Source: Candidatus Cloacimonadota bacterium (GTDB lineage: Bacteria; Cloacimonadota; Cloacimonadia; G963667145). From it: a DNA stretch of 64,000 nucleotides. This document shows positions 29,729 through 39,887 of the stretch, one piece after another (the stretch's first letter is position 1; each line of letters starts with the position of its first letter). The position numbers and the translations under genes were made by a program. The notes under the pieces are model-generated. The model had not been told where the DNA came from and ran no database searches. It saw nothing but the letters and a program-made list of their open reading frames with translations. Where the stretch lies: the NCBI GenBank assembly GCA_963667255.1, contig OY762940.1, positions 320,001-384,000 on the forward strand. The letters are read 5' to 3'.

Positions 29729-31237
29729 ATGACCAACAAAATCCTAACCTTAGCGATGCCGACCGCATATACTCCAGAGGAGTTGACCAAAGCAGTTCAA
29801 AAGAAAATCGGAACTTTGCCTTACCGAATTGCCAAACAAAGTTTGGACTGTCGGAAAAAAAGTCGTATTCATTGGGTCGTGCAAATAGAGATGTTGGACA
29901 AGCTCAATCCTCTAACTGATGCTAAGCCTTGCTTCCCTAAAAATGTCAAAAATCCAAAATCGGTAACAATCATCGGCTCAGGTCCAGCAGGAATTTTCAG
30001 TGCAATTGTTTTGGCGGAAGCGGGCTTCCCCGTGACCTTGTTGGAACGAGGACATCATATTGAACAAAGAAAACAAGCCATCTCCGAATTTGAACAAGGC
30101 AAGCAATTCTGTGAGCAAGGAAACTATGCTTTTGGAGAAGGAGGAGCAGGAGCTTTTTCGGACGGTAAACTGACCAGCCGCTCCAAAAATATTTCAGCAG
30201 AGCGGGAGTTTGTCCATCAAGCCTATATCGAAGCCAGAGCACCGCAAGAGATTGCTTATTTGGCTCATCCCCATGTTGGCTCTGACATTCTGTTTGCCGT
30301 GACTAAATCTCTGCGAAAACGATTTCAGGAAGCTGGCGGAACGATTATTTTTGATAGCAAGGCTGAGAATTTCCGACAAAAAGGCAAAGAATGGTTAATC
30401 GATTTTTCAGGTGGTCAATTATCCTCATCATACATCATTGCGGCACCCGGACACTCCGCTCGTGATACTCTGAAGGCAATAATTCGCTGTGGGATTCCTT
30501 TTCAACCAAAAGCTTTCGCTCTGGGAATGAGGGCTGAGCATCCCCAACAACTCATCAACCAATCACAATGGGGGCAAACTCATTTGGCAGGGATAAAAGC
30601 AGCCGAATATCGTCTGACAGCTAACGGCGGAGTTTACAGTTTTTGCATGTGCCCGGGAGGCAGAATTATCCAAGCAGCTCCCTTTGATGATGTGAATATC
30701 GTCAACGGAATGAGCCTGTATGCCAGAGATGGTCGGTGGGCGAATGCCGCCGTCGTTGCGACTTATAACCCTCTCGAAGATTGCCAACAAAATGCAGATG
30801 CCCTGACAATTTTGGAGTGGCTCACAGACTTGGAGCGAAAATTCAAAACTAATTTCGGCTTTCAAGCTCCCTGCATTTCTATTCAGGATTTTATTCAGGG
30901 CAAAAGCACCCGCCACTTGCCAAAAGAAAGTTCGTATCTTCTTGGTATGACTCCTTTTGACCCGTGGGATTATCTGCCCAAAAGCATCTTGCCACGACTA
31001 AAAGACGGCTTAAGCGATTTCTGTCGAAAATTGAAAGGGTATGAAACAGGCTTCCTCTTGGGACTGGAGAGCAAAACATCTTCCCCAATACAAGCCTTGC
31101 GAGACGACAATGGAGAGAGCCTTGGCTGTCAGGGATTTTATGTCGTTGGAGAAGCTTCGGGACGAGCAGGAGGGATTGTCAGTTCAGCAGCCGATGGCAT
31201 CAAAGCCGCTTTGTCCATTATCAAGAAATGCAACTGA
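29729..31237 (+). CDS. FAD-dependent oxidoreductase (uncharacterised family)
   Basis: IIGSGPAG, GEGGAG.FSDGKL, HPHVGSD, R.EHPQ, YSFCMCPGG, VNGMS, GE..G.AGGIVSSAADG motifs. Confidence 0.88.
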   Translation: MTNKILTLAMPTAYTPEELTKAVQKKIGTLPYRIAKQSLDCRKKSRIHWVVQIEMLDKLNPLTDAKPCFPKNVKNPKSVTIIGSGPAGIFSAIVLAEAGFPVTLLERGHHIEQRKQAISEFEQGKQFCEQGNYAFGEGGAGAFSDGKLTSRSKNISAEREFVHQAYIEARAPQEIAYLAHPHVGSDILFAVTKSLRKRFQEAGGTIIFDSKAENFRQKGKEWLIDFSGGQLSSSYIIAAPGHSARDTLKAIIRCGIPFQPKAFALGMRAEHPQQLINQSQWGQTHLAGIKAAEYRLTANGGVYSFCMCPGGRIIQAAPFDDVNIVNGMSLYARDGRWANAAVVATYNPLEDCQQNADALTILEWLTDLERKFKTNFGFQAPCISIQDFIQGKSTRHLPKESSYLLGMTPFDPWDYLPKSILPRLKDGLSDFCRKLKGYETGFLLGLESKTSSPIQALRDDNGESLGCQGFYVVGEASGRAGGIVSSAADGIKAALSIIKKCN

Positions 31238-31306
31238 CAAAGACCCAAAATTATTTTTAAATATTAATTTGACATTTAAACAAGTAATTTTGTCTAAATT
31301 CCCATT

Positions 31307-34300
31307 ATGAAGACATTTAGACTTGGAATAGATGTTGGTTCCACCACAGCAAAAATTATTTTGACAGACGACTCTAATGCAGTAGTTTTTTCAGATTATA
31401 TCAGGCACAACACACGCATTTTAGAGACTCTTCTAAATTTGTTAGAAAAAATCCACAACAACTTTGGGAACATCATATTGCAACCTGCACTTTCAGGCTC
31501 AGCCGCCATGGGAATAGCCGAAAAAACGAACTCTTTGTTTGTGCAGGAAGTGATAGCGGCCGCTTCTCTTGTCGTAAATCAATATCCCAATGTAAAGAGC
31601 CTTATCGATATAGGTGGAGAAGACGCTAAGTTGGTGCTGTTCAATGAGCTGGAAAACGCTGATATGCGGATGAACGGGAATTGTGCCGGAGGAACCGGTG
31701 CTTATATCGACCAAATGGCAGCCTTATTGAATATCTCTATCGCCGAACTCAACGATTTGGCATGGCAATCCTCGAAAATTTATCCGATAGCTTCTCGTTG
31801 CGGTGTTTTCGCCAAAACCGATGTCCAAAATCTCGTCAGCCGAAAAATCAATGTCGCCGATATTGCGGCCTCTATCTTTGAAGCCGTTGCCAGCCAAACA
31901 ATAAACAGCCTCGCACGAGGATGCACTATTGAACCCGACATCCTATTTTGCGGAGGACCTCTAACATATATAAGTTACTTGCGAGAATCTTTTGCCAAAC
32001 TTTTGAAAATCAAAAAAGAACATATTATCGTCCCTAAACATGCCGAGCTCCTCACTGCCTTGGGAACTGCTTTATCAATCCCAACCACACTGACACCAAT
32101 CAAAATCGGTGAATTTATCCATAACATAAAATCTATAGAAAAAATCCCCTCAAGCAATACACTTCAACCTTTGTTCGATAGCAACGATGAGTTTACCAAT
32201 TGGGAGAAAGCCCGAAACATTATCACCGTCCGGCAAAAAGAGATTTGTGACAACGAAAACTGCTTTATAGGCATCGATTCCGGCTCTACAACTACAAAGA
32301 TTGTTGTTCTTGATTCCGAAGGGTCGATATTGTATCATTATTACAAAAATAGCAATGGCAAACCATTGGAGACTGCCATCAGCGGATTAAAAGAGTTTGC
32401 TCTCCAACTAAAACAAAAAAACATCAATGTCAATATCATAAAATCCTCAGCAACAGGATATGGGGAGGAATTGGTAAAGTCGGCTCTGGGTCTTGATTGT
32501 GGCATAGTTGAGACAGTTGCCCACTTCCTGTCAGCTCAAAAAATTGAACCGGAAGTCTCATTTATTCTCGATATTGGCGGGCAAGACATCAAAGCAATTT
32601 TCGTCAAAAATAGCACCATCGCAAATATAGAAATCAACGAATCTTGCTCCTCAGGTTGTGGTTCTTTCATCGAAAATTTTGCCAATACGCTTGGCTACTC
32701 GCCTGAAAATTTTGCAACTATTGCGACACAATCCGATGCTCCCTACGATTTGGGCTCTCGTTGCACAGTCTTTATGAACTCAAAAGTGAAACAGGCTTTA
32801 CGCGATGGTGCCACTGTTTCAGATTTGTCGGCAGGTTTAGCCTATTCTGTTGTAAAGAACTGTCTCAACAAAGTGCTAAGAATAAAAAATACCTCTGACA
32901 TCGGCGATAATATTGTCGTCCAAGGCGGAACATTTAAAAATAAGGCAGTTTTTAGAAGTCTGGAAATCCTTTCTGGTAAAAAGATAGTGATATCCGACAA
33001 ACCTGAATTGATGGGAGCCTATGGGGCAGCTCTTTATGCAATGAAGCAAAGTAATTCCGAAGATTTGAAAAGCAATTTTATCGGCTTTGAACATCTTGAA
33101 AACGCAGCCAATTACACCACCAAACAAAAGAATTGCAAAGGTTGCACAAACAATTGCCAAATCACTATTTACCAATTCCCCAACGGCAGAGTTTCTTTCT
33201 CGGGAAACAAATGTGAAAAAATGTTTACCAATAACGCAACACCACTTTCCCGTGGAGCTAATATTTTTGACTACAAAAGAGAACTCCTCTTTAATCGAAA
33301 GCAAGAGAATATCTCGTCATCAGACAAACTTCGTATCGGCATTCCAAGAGTGCTGAATATGTTTGAGGATTATCCATTTTGGCATTCTTTACTCACTAAT
33401 TGTGGCTTAGAGGTTGTTATTTCCGACGAAAGCTGTTATCAACTGTATAAAAAAGCTATAGGCTCATTGATGTCGGACAATATTTGTTTCCCCGCAAAAC
33501 TTGCTCATGGTCATATTTTTAATTTAGCAGAAAAGAATGTTGATAGGATATTTTTGCCCTTTGTGGTTTATGAGAAAAAAGATTTTGAAAAATCGGACAA
33601 CAGTTTCAATTGCCCCATTGTCACCGGATATGCGGAAGTCCTGAAAAGCAATACTCTACTAACTAATGACATTCCTTTTGACTCCCCCTGCATCAACTTT
33701 AACGATATCGGTTTACTAAAAAAAGCGTGTTGGACTTATTGCAAAAAACTGGGCGTTAGCAATTCTATTTTCAAAAAAGCTTTTCTCTCCGCTTTGGATG
33801 AACAAAAAAAATACAAATTGCAACTGAAAACCAAAAACGAAGAAATTCTTAACGAGGCTTTGGCTCAAAAGAAGCCTATCATTATGGTTGCTGGACATCC
33901 ATATCACACCGACCATCTAATACATCAGCAGGTTTCGCAAATGCTGGCAGATTTTGGCGTCAATGTGATTAACGAAGACATAATTTTGGGAGATAAAAAT
34001 GAGGGATTTACTTCCTTTTACACTATTTCTCAATGGGAATATCCCAATAGAATCCTGCAATCTGCATGGTGGGCTGCCAAGCAAAATTTCGTTCTCGGAC
34101 TTGTCCAGCTCAACTCTTTCGGCTGTGGACCAGACTCCTTTATCATGGACGAAATCAGCGATTTTGCCAAAAAATCAGATTTATCATACGCACTAATCAG
34201 GATTGATGAAATTTCCAGTCCGGGCTCTATCAAACTCAGACTTCGCTCTTTGGTAGAATCTTTGAGATTAAAAATTCAAAAAAAGCCAATTAACACACAA

Positions 34301-35578
34301 AAAGAGGCTACAGAAAAAGAGGTTGCAATCTTCTCTGAAAAAGACAAAAATAGAACTATTCTAATTCCTTGGTTTTCCGACTTTTATTCTCCTCTTGTGC
34401 CTATATTGGGCGAAAAGCTCGGATACAAAGTTGTAAATTTGCCTCCTCCAGACAAAATTTCAGTTGATTTCGGCTTAGAATACGCTAACAATGAAATCTG
34501 TTATCCGGCTACTTTGGTCATCGGCGATATTGTGCAAGCTCTGAAAAGCAAGAAATACAAACCCGAAGATATTGCCATAGGAATAACCCAAACTGGCGGT
34601 CAATGTAGAGCAACCAACTATATTTCACTGGTAAAAAGAGCTTTGGAGCAAGCCGGATTCTCAGATGTGCCCATTATTTCGGTTAATTCCTCAATTTCAA
34701 TAGGAAACAATCAACCCGGATTTAAGCCAAAATGGCACAAAATAATCAAGCCAACTTTTCTTGGATTGCTCTTCGCCGATAGTCTTTCTCGTTTGTATTA
34801 CGCAACCGCATCACGAGAAAAGGGCTCAATCCTTTCCAAAAAACTAAAGGAAAAATACCTAAACAAAGCCAAAGAGTTGTTGGAAAATAACGAGGAAAAA
34901 AAACTTTTGCCTTTGCTAAAAGAGGCTGTAGAAGAGTTCAACACTATCCCGACTTCCGTGCCTAATGTCAAAACTGTCGGTGTTGTAGGAGAGATTTATA
35001 TCAAATACAACTCTTTCGGGCAATTCAACATTATCGACTGGCTTATCGAAAATCAGATAGAGGTTGTGCTGCCACCTCTCATGGAATTTTTTATGCAATT
35101 TTTTGTAAATGACCAAGCCCGCAAAAAAGAGTTCATCAAGAGAAAAACCAAGTTTAGCTTTGTCCTCAACGGTCTTGAGTTCTTTGCCAACAATTCTATC
35201 GCTAAATTTGAAAAAGCTCTCTCAAGTTTCAGATTTTATCGCAAAGTTGAAAATATCAGACATACAGCACACCTTGGCGAAAAGATGTTGAACCTGAATA
35301 ATCAAAGCGGAGAAGGTTGGCTCATTCCGGCAGAAATTGCTTCTTTTGCAGAGCAAAATATCAATCAAGTCCTTTGTCTTCAACCATTTGGCTGTATAGC
35401 AAACCATGTTATCGGCAAAGGGATGGAAACCAGCATTAAGCATTTTTATCCCAAAGTTAACCTTCTCTTCCTCGATTTTGACTCCGGAGTCAGCAAAATT
35501 AATATTCTGAATAGAATCCAATTTCTTGTTCAAGACATTTCAAAAACTGTTCCTCAATTAGAAAAAACGGGCAACTAA
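31307..35578 (+). CDS. Acyl-CoA dehydratase activase-related multidomain protein (two BadF/BadG-type ATPase domains plus DUF2229-like domains)
   Basis: Two GID.GSTT.K / DIGG.D.K repeats, CAGGTG, CSSGCGSF, C.GC.N.C, CFPAK, NCP, FGCG.D, CYPA, GGQCRATNY, GEGW, PFGC motifs. Confidence 0.9.
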   Translation: MKTFRLGIDVGSTTAKIILTDDSNAVVFSDYIRHNTRILETLLNLLEKIHNNFGNIILQPALSGSAAMGIAEKTNSLFVQEVIAAASLVVNQYPNVKSLIDIGGEDAKLVLFNELENADMRMNGNCAGGTGAYIDQMAALLNISIAELNDLAWQSSKIYPIASRCGVFAKTDVQNLVSRKINVADIAASIFEAVASQTINSLARGCTIEPDILFCGGPLTYISYLRESFAKLLKIKKEHIIVPKHAELLTALGTALSIPTTLTPIKIGEFIHNIKSIEKIPSSNTLQPLFDSNDEFTNWEKARNIITVRQKEICDNENCFIGIDSGSTTTKIVVLDSEGSILYHYYKNSNGKPLETAISGLKEFALQLKQKNINVNIIKSSATGYGEELVKSALGLDCGIVETVAHFLSAQKIEPEVSFILDIGGQDIKAIFVKNSTIANIEINESCSSGCGSFIENFANTLGYSPENFATIATQSDAPYDLGSRCTVFMNSKVKQALRDGATVSDLSAGLAYSVVKNCLNKVLRIKNTSDIGDNIVVQGGTFKNKAVFRSLEILSGKKIVISDKPELMGAYGAALYAMKQSNSEDLKSNFIGFEHLENAANYTTKQKNCKGCTNNCQITIYQFPNGRVSFSGNKCEKMFTNNATPLSRGANIFDYKRELLFNRKQENISSSDKLRIGIPRVLNMFEDYPFWHSLLTNCGLEVVISDESCYQLYKKAIGSLMSDNICFPAKLAHGHIFNLAEKNVDRIFLPFVVYEKKDFEKSDNSFNCPIVTGYAEVLKSNTLLTNDIPFDSPCINFNDIGLLKKACWTYCKKLGVSNSIFKKAFLSALDEQKKYKLQLKTKNEEILNEALAQKKPIIMVAGHPYHTDHLIHQQVSQMLADFGVNVINEDIILGDKNEGFTSFYTISQWEYPNRILQSAWWAAKQNFVLGLVQLNSFGCGPDSFIMDEISDFAKKSDLSYALIRIDEISSPGSIKLRLRSLVESLRLKIQKKPINTQKEATEKEVAIFSEKDKNRTILIPWFSDFYSPLVPILGEKLGYKVVNLPPPDKISVDFGLEYANNEICYPATLVIGDIVQALKSKKYKPEDIAIGITQTGGQCRATNYISLVKRALEQAGFSDVPIISVNSSISIGNNQPGFKPKWHKIIKPTFLGLLFADSLSRLYYATASREKGSILSKKLKEKYLNKAKELLENNEEKKLLPLLKEAVEEFNTIPTSVPNVKTVGVVGEIYIKYNSFGQFNIIDWLIENQIEVVLPPLMEFFMQFFVNDQARKKEFIKRKTKFSFVLNGLEFFANNSIAKFEKALSSFRFYRKVENIRHTAHLGEKMLNLNNQSGEGWLIPAEIASFAEQNINQVLCLQPFGCIANHVIGKGMETSIKHFYPKVNLLFLDFDSGVSKINILNRIQFLVQDISKTVPQLEKTGN

Positions 35579-35599
35579 AAAAGTTACCCGTGACCTATT

Positions 35600-36742
35600 T
35601 TATTTCTTAAACGCCTGCACTGTTCTAAAAATATTGGATAGAGTAAATCTCAAGTTCTCCTCAGCATTGGCAAAAATCTCGTCTAAGCTACCGACTTTGC
35701 AAATCGTAGAGTAAATCCCACAAAATCCCAAATCGTAAAAACTGCTGACATCGCCCTCGACAGAACCGACCACAGCTATCACCGGCACACCGTATTTTTT
35801 GCCCAATCCGGCGATACCCATCGGCAACTTACCGTAAGCGGTTTGCCAGTCCATGCGACCCTCTCCGGTAATAATCAAATCAAATCCGCCTGTGGCAATC
35901 GTCTTCTCAAGCCCTATCTCTTGGGAAATTATCGAGAAACCCTGACTCAGTTTCCCATTGAGAAAAGTTATCAAGCCAGCTCCCAAGCCTCCGGCTGCTC
36001 CTGCTCCAGCAACTTCGGAAATATCTTTGCCAATGAGCTTTGTTACCACTTCGTTGTAAGCGACCATTCCAGCTTCCAACTCCCGCAAATCGTCTGCCGT
36101 AGCACCTTTTTGTCTGCCGTAAGTGCAAGTAGCACCTCGCTCCCCACACAGAGGATTGTCCACATCGCAGGCGACCAAGCACTCCACCTCGCTAAAATCG
36201 AATTTCGCCGTGGACACATCTATCTTCTTCACCTTGCCCAAGTTCTCACCACAACCTCGCAAAAGATTGCCAGTTTCGTCATAAAATCTAAAACCCAAAG
36301 CCTCCAACATCCCCATTCCGCAATCGTTCGTCGCACTGCCACCAATGCCCATAATCAGCTTGATACAGCCTCTCTGCAAAGCATCGGCTACCAACTCTCC
36401 CGTGCCGTAGGTGGAGGTCTTCTTCGGATTCAAACCCTTGGCATCCAAAAGAGTAATTCCCGAAGCAGCCGCCATCTCTATCACGGCAGTTTCCCCATCT
36501 CCCAAAATCCCGTAATCCGCTCTTACTTTGTCCCCGAGAGGTCCGCTAACTTCTTTGGAAAAGAGTTGTCCTCCGGTGTTCAAAACCAACGCTTCCACAG
36601 TGCCCTCTCCGCCATCTGCCATGGGGATTTGCACCACCTGCGAACTCTTGTCAATCTCCATAAGAGCCGACTCTGCTATCTGACAAAACCTTCGGGAAGA
36701 GACAGACCCTTTAAAAGAATCGGGAGCAATCAAAATTTTCAC
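35600..36742 (-). CDS. Glycerate kinase (GlxK/GarK family)
   Basis: IAPDSFKGS, PMADGGEGT, STYGTGEL, GGSATND, DVDNPL, GAAGGLG, ITGEG.MD.QT..GK motifs. Confidence 0.95.
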   Translation of the reverse strand: MKILIAPDSFKGSVSSRRFCQIAESALMEIDKSSQVVQIPMADGGEGTVEALVLNTGGQLFSKEVSGPLGDKVRADYGILGDGETAVIEMAAASGITLLDAKGLNPKKTSTYGTGELVADALQRGCIKLIMGIGGSATNDCGMGMLEALGFRFYDETGNLLRGCGENLGKVKKIDVSTAKFDFSEVECLVACDVDNPLCGERGATCTYGRQKGATADDLRELEAGMVAYNEVVTKLIGKDISEVAGAGAAGGLGAGLITFLNGKLSQGFSIISQEIGLEKTIATGGFDLIITGEGRMDWQTAYGKLPMGIAGLGKKYGVPVIAVVGSVEGDVSSFYDLGFCGIYSTICKVGSLDEIFANAEENLRFTLSNIFRTVQAFKK

Positions 36743-36881
36743 CTTACCTCCAAAATTTACATTCGCAACGGCTTATTTTGAAAAGCAAAGAGTCAACCAA
36801 AAAAGAAAATTCGTGTTCTTCCCCACATTATCGATTTAATAAATTGACAGCAAAAACAAATTTCCCGAAGCTAAACTCAAG

Positions 36882-37583
36882 ATGAAAACAAGCAAATTAA
36901 CGAAAAAAAACAATCAAGTCTCTTCGGGAGTTGCCATAGTCGAGGGAGAGCGACTCATCAGACAACTTTTGGACAATAATGTCGAAATAATCAAACTTTA
37001 TTCTCGGGAAAGCGACAGCCTCCCAATGTGGACAAACGGCTTGAATATCGAGGTTCTTAGCGACAAAAATTTCTCCGCTCTGTGCTCCACCAAGACCCCT
37101 CAAAACTTGGTTGCCTTGGTAACTCGTAATACAAGTCCCATCGAAAATTACGAAACTTTGCTCTATCTCGACCGCATCTCCGACCCTGGAAATCTAGGGA
37201 CAATTTTGCGAACAGCTTTGGCTCTGGACATAGACGGCGTTGCCATCTCGCCCGATAGTTGCGACATCTTCAATCCCAAAGTAATCCGCTCGTCTCTCGG
37301 TGCGTTGTTCGCATTACCGATAGAAATCAAACCCTACTCATGGCTCGCAGAGCAAAAGGCACAAAAAATCTTGGCAGACTTACACGGCACTTCGATTTAC
37401 GACTTACCGCCACTATCCGAAAAAAAAATCTTAATCATGGGGTCAGAAGCAAGCGGACCATCAGAAAAGATAAAGCAAATCGCCGACATCACCATCACTA
37501 TCCCGATTTCCGAGAAGATGGAATCGCTAAATCTCGCTATCGCCACCGGCATTTGCCTCAGTCATATCAAGGGGAATAAATGA
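36882..37583 (+). CDS. TrmH/SpoU family RNA methyltransferase
   Basis: VEG, DPGNLGTILRTA, NPKVIRSSLG, MGSEASG, ESLNLA motifs. Confidence 0.9.
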   Translation: MKTSKLTKKNNQVSSGVAIVEGERLIRQLLDNNVEIIKLYSRESDSLPMWTNGLNIEVLSDKNFSALCSTKTPQNLVALVTRNTSPIENYETLLYLDRISDPGNLGTILRTALALDIDGVAISPDSCDIFNPKVIRSSLGALFALPIEIKPYSWLAEQKAQKILADLHGTSIYDLPPLSEKKILIMGSEASGPSEKIKQIADITITIPISEKMESLNLAIATGICLSHIKGNK

Positions 37584-38236
37584 AAATCAAAGAACTGCCA
37601 CCAGAAGAACGACCGAGAGAAAAGCTTCTTGGCAAAGGTGCAAAATCGCTTACAGATTTGGAACTGCTGATGATACTCATCGGCATGGGGACAAAGGGTC
37701 ATCCAGTAAAAAAAATCTCCCAAAAATTACTAACGCTGATAGACACCAAAAACTTCGACCTGACAGCCGACGACATCCTACAAATACAAGGTTTAGCCTC
37801 TGCCAAAGCCTGTCTCATACTGGCAGCAAGTGAGTTTTTTCGCCGACGCATCAAACCGGAAGGCTTTACCATCAAATATCCGCACGACATCATGCCCCTT
37901 CTGTGGCACTATGGCGACAGGAAACAGGAGCACTTCATCTCCGTCACGCTCAATGCCGCGGGCGAAGTCATCGCCACCAGAGTTGTGACCATCGGCTTGG
38001 TCAGCCAAACGCAGATACACCCGCGAGAGATTTTTGCCGATGCCATCACCGACAGAGCCTCGTCCGTGATAATCGCCCACAATCATCCGTCGGGCAATCT
38101 ATCGCCCTCAACCGAAGACATCCAAATCACCAAAAATTTGCAAGAAGCAGGCAAAATATTAGGAATTAAGATTTTAGACCACATCATCTTCGGACAGAAG
38201 GAGTTTTACTCGTTTTTGGAGAATGAGAAGTTGTGA
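37580..38236 (+). CDS. radC: RadC family protein (JAB domain)
   Basis: ERPREKL, L.D.ELL, QEHF, HPREIF, AHNHPSG..PS.ED, LDHII motifs. Confidence 0.95.
   Translation: MKIKELPPEERPREKLLGKGAKSLTDLELLMILIGMGTKGHPVKKISQKLLTLIDTKNFDLTADDILQIQGLASAKACLILAASEFFRRRIKPEGFTIKYPHDIMPLLWHYGDRKQEHFISVTLNAAGEVIATRVVTIGLVSQTQIHPREIFADAITDRASSVIIAHNHPSGNLSPSTEDIQITKNLQEAGKILGIKILDHIIFGQKEFYSFLENEKL
38198..38236 (+). repeat. radC 3'-end direct repeat, copy 1 (in use)
   Basis: AAG GAG TTT TAC TCG TTT TTG GAG AAT GAG AAG TTG TGA, encoding KEFYSFLENEKL*. Confidence 0.85.
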
Positions 38237-38352
38237 GAAGAAATATAGTTGACTATGTTCTTTAGAAAATTCAATCACAATGAACGAAGAATTTGTAAAA
38301 AATATCAACAAGAACTATTAACAATTTGTTGGCTTTTTAGAAAGGAGAGGAT

Positions 38353-39627
38353 ATGAACGAAATCAAATGTCCGAATTGCAACAAAGTTTTCAAAGTCGAT
38401 GAAACCAGTTTTGCCGACATCCTCAAGCAAGTGCGAGACAGCCAATTTGAGAAAGAAATAAACGACAGAATCGCCTTTGTGGAGAAAGAAAAAGAAAGCA
38501 CTATCGAGCTGAAAAGAACTCAGTTCAAAAACTATTTACAAGAAAAATTAGCAGAAAAAGACAAAGAAATCACTGAGCTAAAAGCCAAATCCAGTACGGA
38601 CATTGCCGAGATTTTAGCGAAGAAAGACAACGAAATTGCCAACATGAAATCCAAAGTAGAAAGTGCGGAAATAGAGAAGAAATTAGCTGTTTCAGAGGCG
38701 ACTAAGTCAATAGAAAAAGAGCGAGATGACCTCAAAAGAAATTTGCAAACCAAAGAAACTGAGAAAGAGTTGCTCGGCAAATCTATCGAAGAAAAATACA
38801 AGAACGCACTAATCACCAAAGAAGAGACGATTAAGATAAAGGACGAGGAAATCGCTCGTTTGAAAGAATATCGGCAAAAACTCTCCACCAAAATGCTGGG
38901 GGAATCGCTCGAACAACACTGCGAAATTGAATTTAACAAGCTCAGAGCAACCGCCTTCAAGAACGCTTATTTTGAAAAAGACAACGATGTAACTCATGGA
39001 ACTAAAGGCGATTATATCTATCGTGAGAGCGACGAAAAAAGCAACGAAATCGTCTCCATAATGTTCGAGATGAAAAACGAAAACGACCAGACCAGCACCA
39101 AGAAAAAGAACGAAGATTTTTTCACCAAATTGGACAAAGACCGCAAAGACAAAAACTGTGAATACGCCGTGTTAGTGTCACTCTTGGAAACTGACAACGA
39201 ATTTTATAATGTGGGTATCGCTGATGTTTCTTACAAATTTCCCAAAATGTATGTAATTCGTCCACAATTCTTTATCCCCATTATCACACTTCTGCGTAAT
39301 GCAGCGATGAACTCGCTGAAATATAAACAAGAGTTGAGCCTGATAAAAAATCAAAACATCGACATTACTAACTTTGAAGAGAAAATTGAATTGTTCAAAA
39401 ACGGATTTGCCAAGAATTATGACCTTGCAAGTCGGAGATTTAAAGATGCAATCAATGAAATAGACAAAACAATCGACCACTTGAAGAAGACAAAAGAAGC
39501 TCTTTTGTCATCGGAAAATAATCTCCGCTTAGCCAACAATAAGGCTAACGATTTAACAATCAAAAAATTGACGCACGGCAACCCCACGATGAAGAAGAAA
39601 TTTGAGGAAGCGGAAAGTAATGAATAA
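38353..39627 (+). CDS. DUF2130-family protein (Zn ribbon, coiled coil, RmuC-like nuclease motif)
   Basis: IKCPNC..FKVDE, long coiled coil, [50 protein letters not shown] motifs. Confidence 0.82.
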   Translation: MNEIKCPNCNKVFKVDETSFADILKQVRDSQFEKEINDRIAFVEKEKESTIELKRTQFKNYLQEKLAEKDKEITELKAKSSTDIAEILAKKDNEIANMKSKVESAEIEKKLAVSEATKSIEKERDDLKRNLQTKETEKELLGKSIEEKYKNALITKEETIKIKDEEIARLKEYRQKLSTKMLGESLEQHCEIEFNKLRATAFKNAYFEKDNDVTHGTKGDYIYRESDEKSNEIVSIMFEMKNENDQTSTKKKNEDFFTKLDKDRKDKNCEYAVLVSLLETDNEFYNVGIADVSYKFPKMYVIRPQFFIPIITLLRNAAMNSLKYKQELSLIKNQNIDITNFEEKIELFKNGFAKNYDLASRRFKDAINEIDKTIDHLKKTKEALLSSENNLRLANNKANDLTIKKLTHGNPTMKKKFEEAESNE

Positions 39628-39760
39628 TGAGGTAAAATTAAATCATCCAAAATTGGATGAGAACAAGAAACACCGTCGAGATTTTGGAATTATAGGAAGA
39701 ATTAAGAAACCCAAGTTTTAAAAGCATTGAATTCGCTACCTTTAAAAATAAAACAGGCTC

Positions 39761-39799
39761 AAAGAGTTTTACTCTTTTTTGGAGAATGAGAAATTATAA
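39761..39799 (+). repeat. radC 3'-end direct repeat, copy 2 (orphan)
   Basis: AAA GAG TTT TAC TCT TTT TTG GAG AAT GAG AAA TTA TAA; 34/39 identical to copy 1, all five differences at third codon positions. Confidence 0.85.
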
Positions 39800-39887
39800 A
39801 GAAAAGATTGACTGAATCAAGCATTATAGCGACCCATAAAGTCATCACTTTTGTTTTTTCAAAAATATCATTATAAGAATTTTAATT

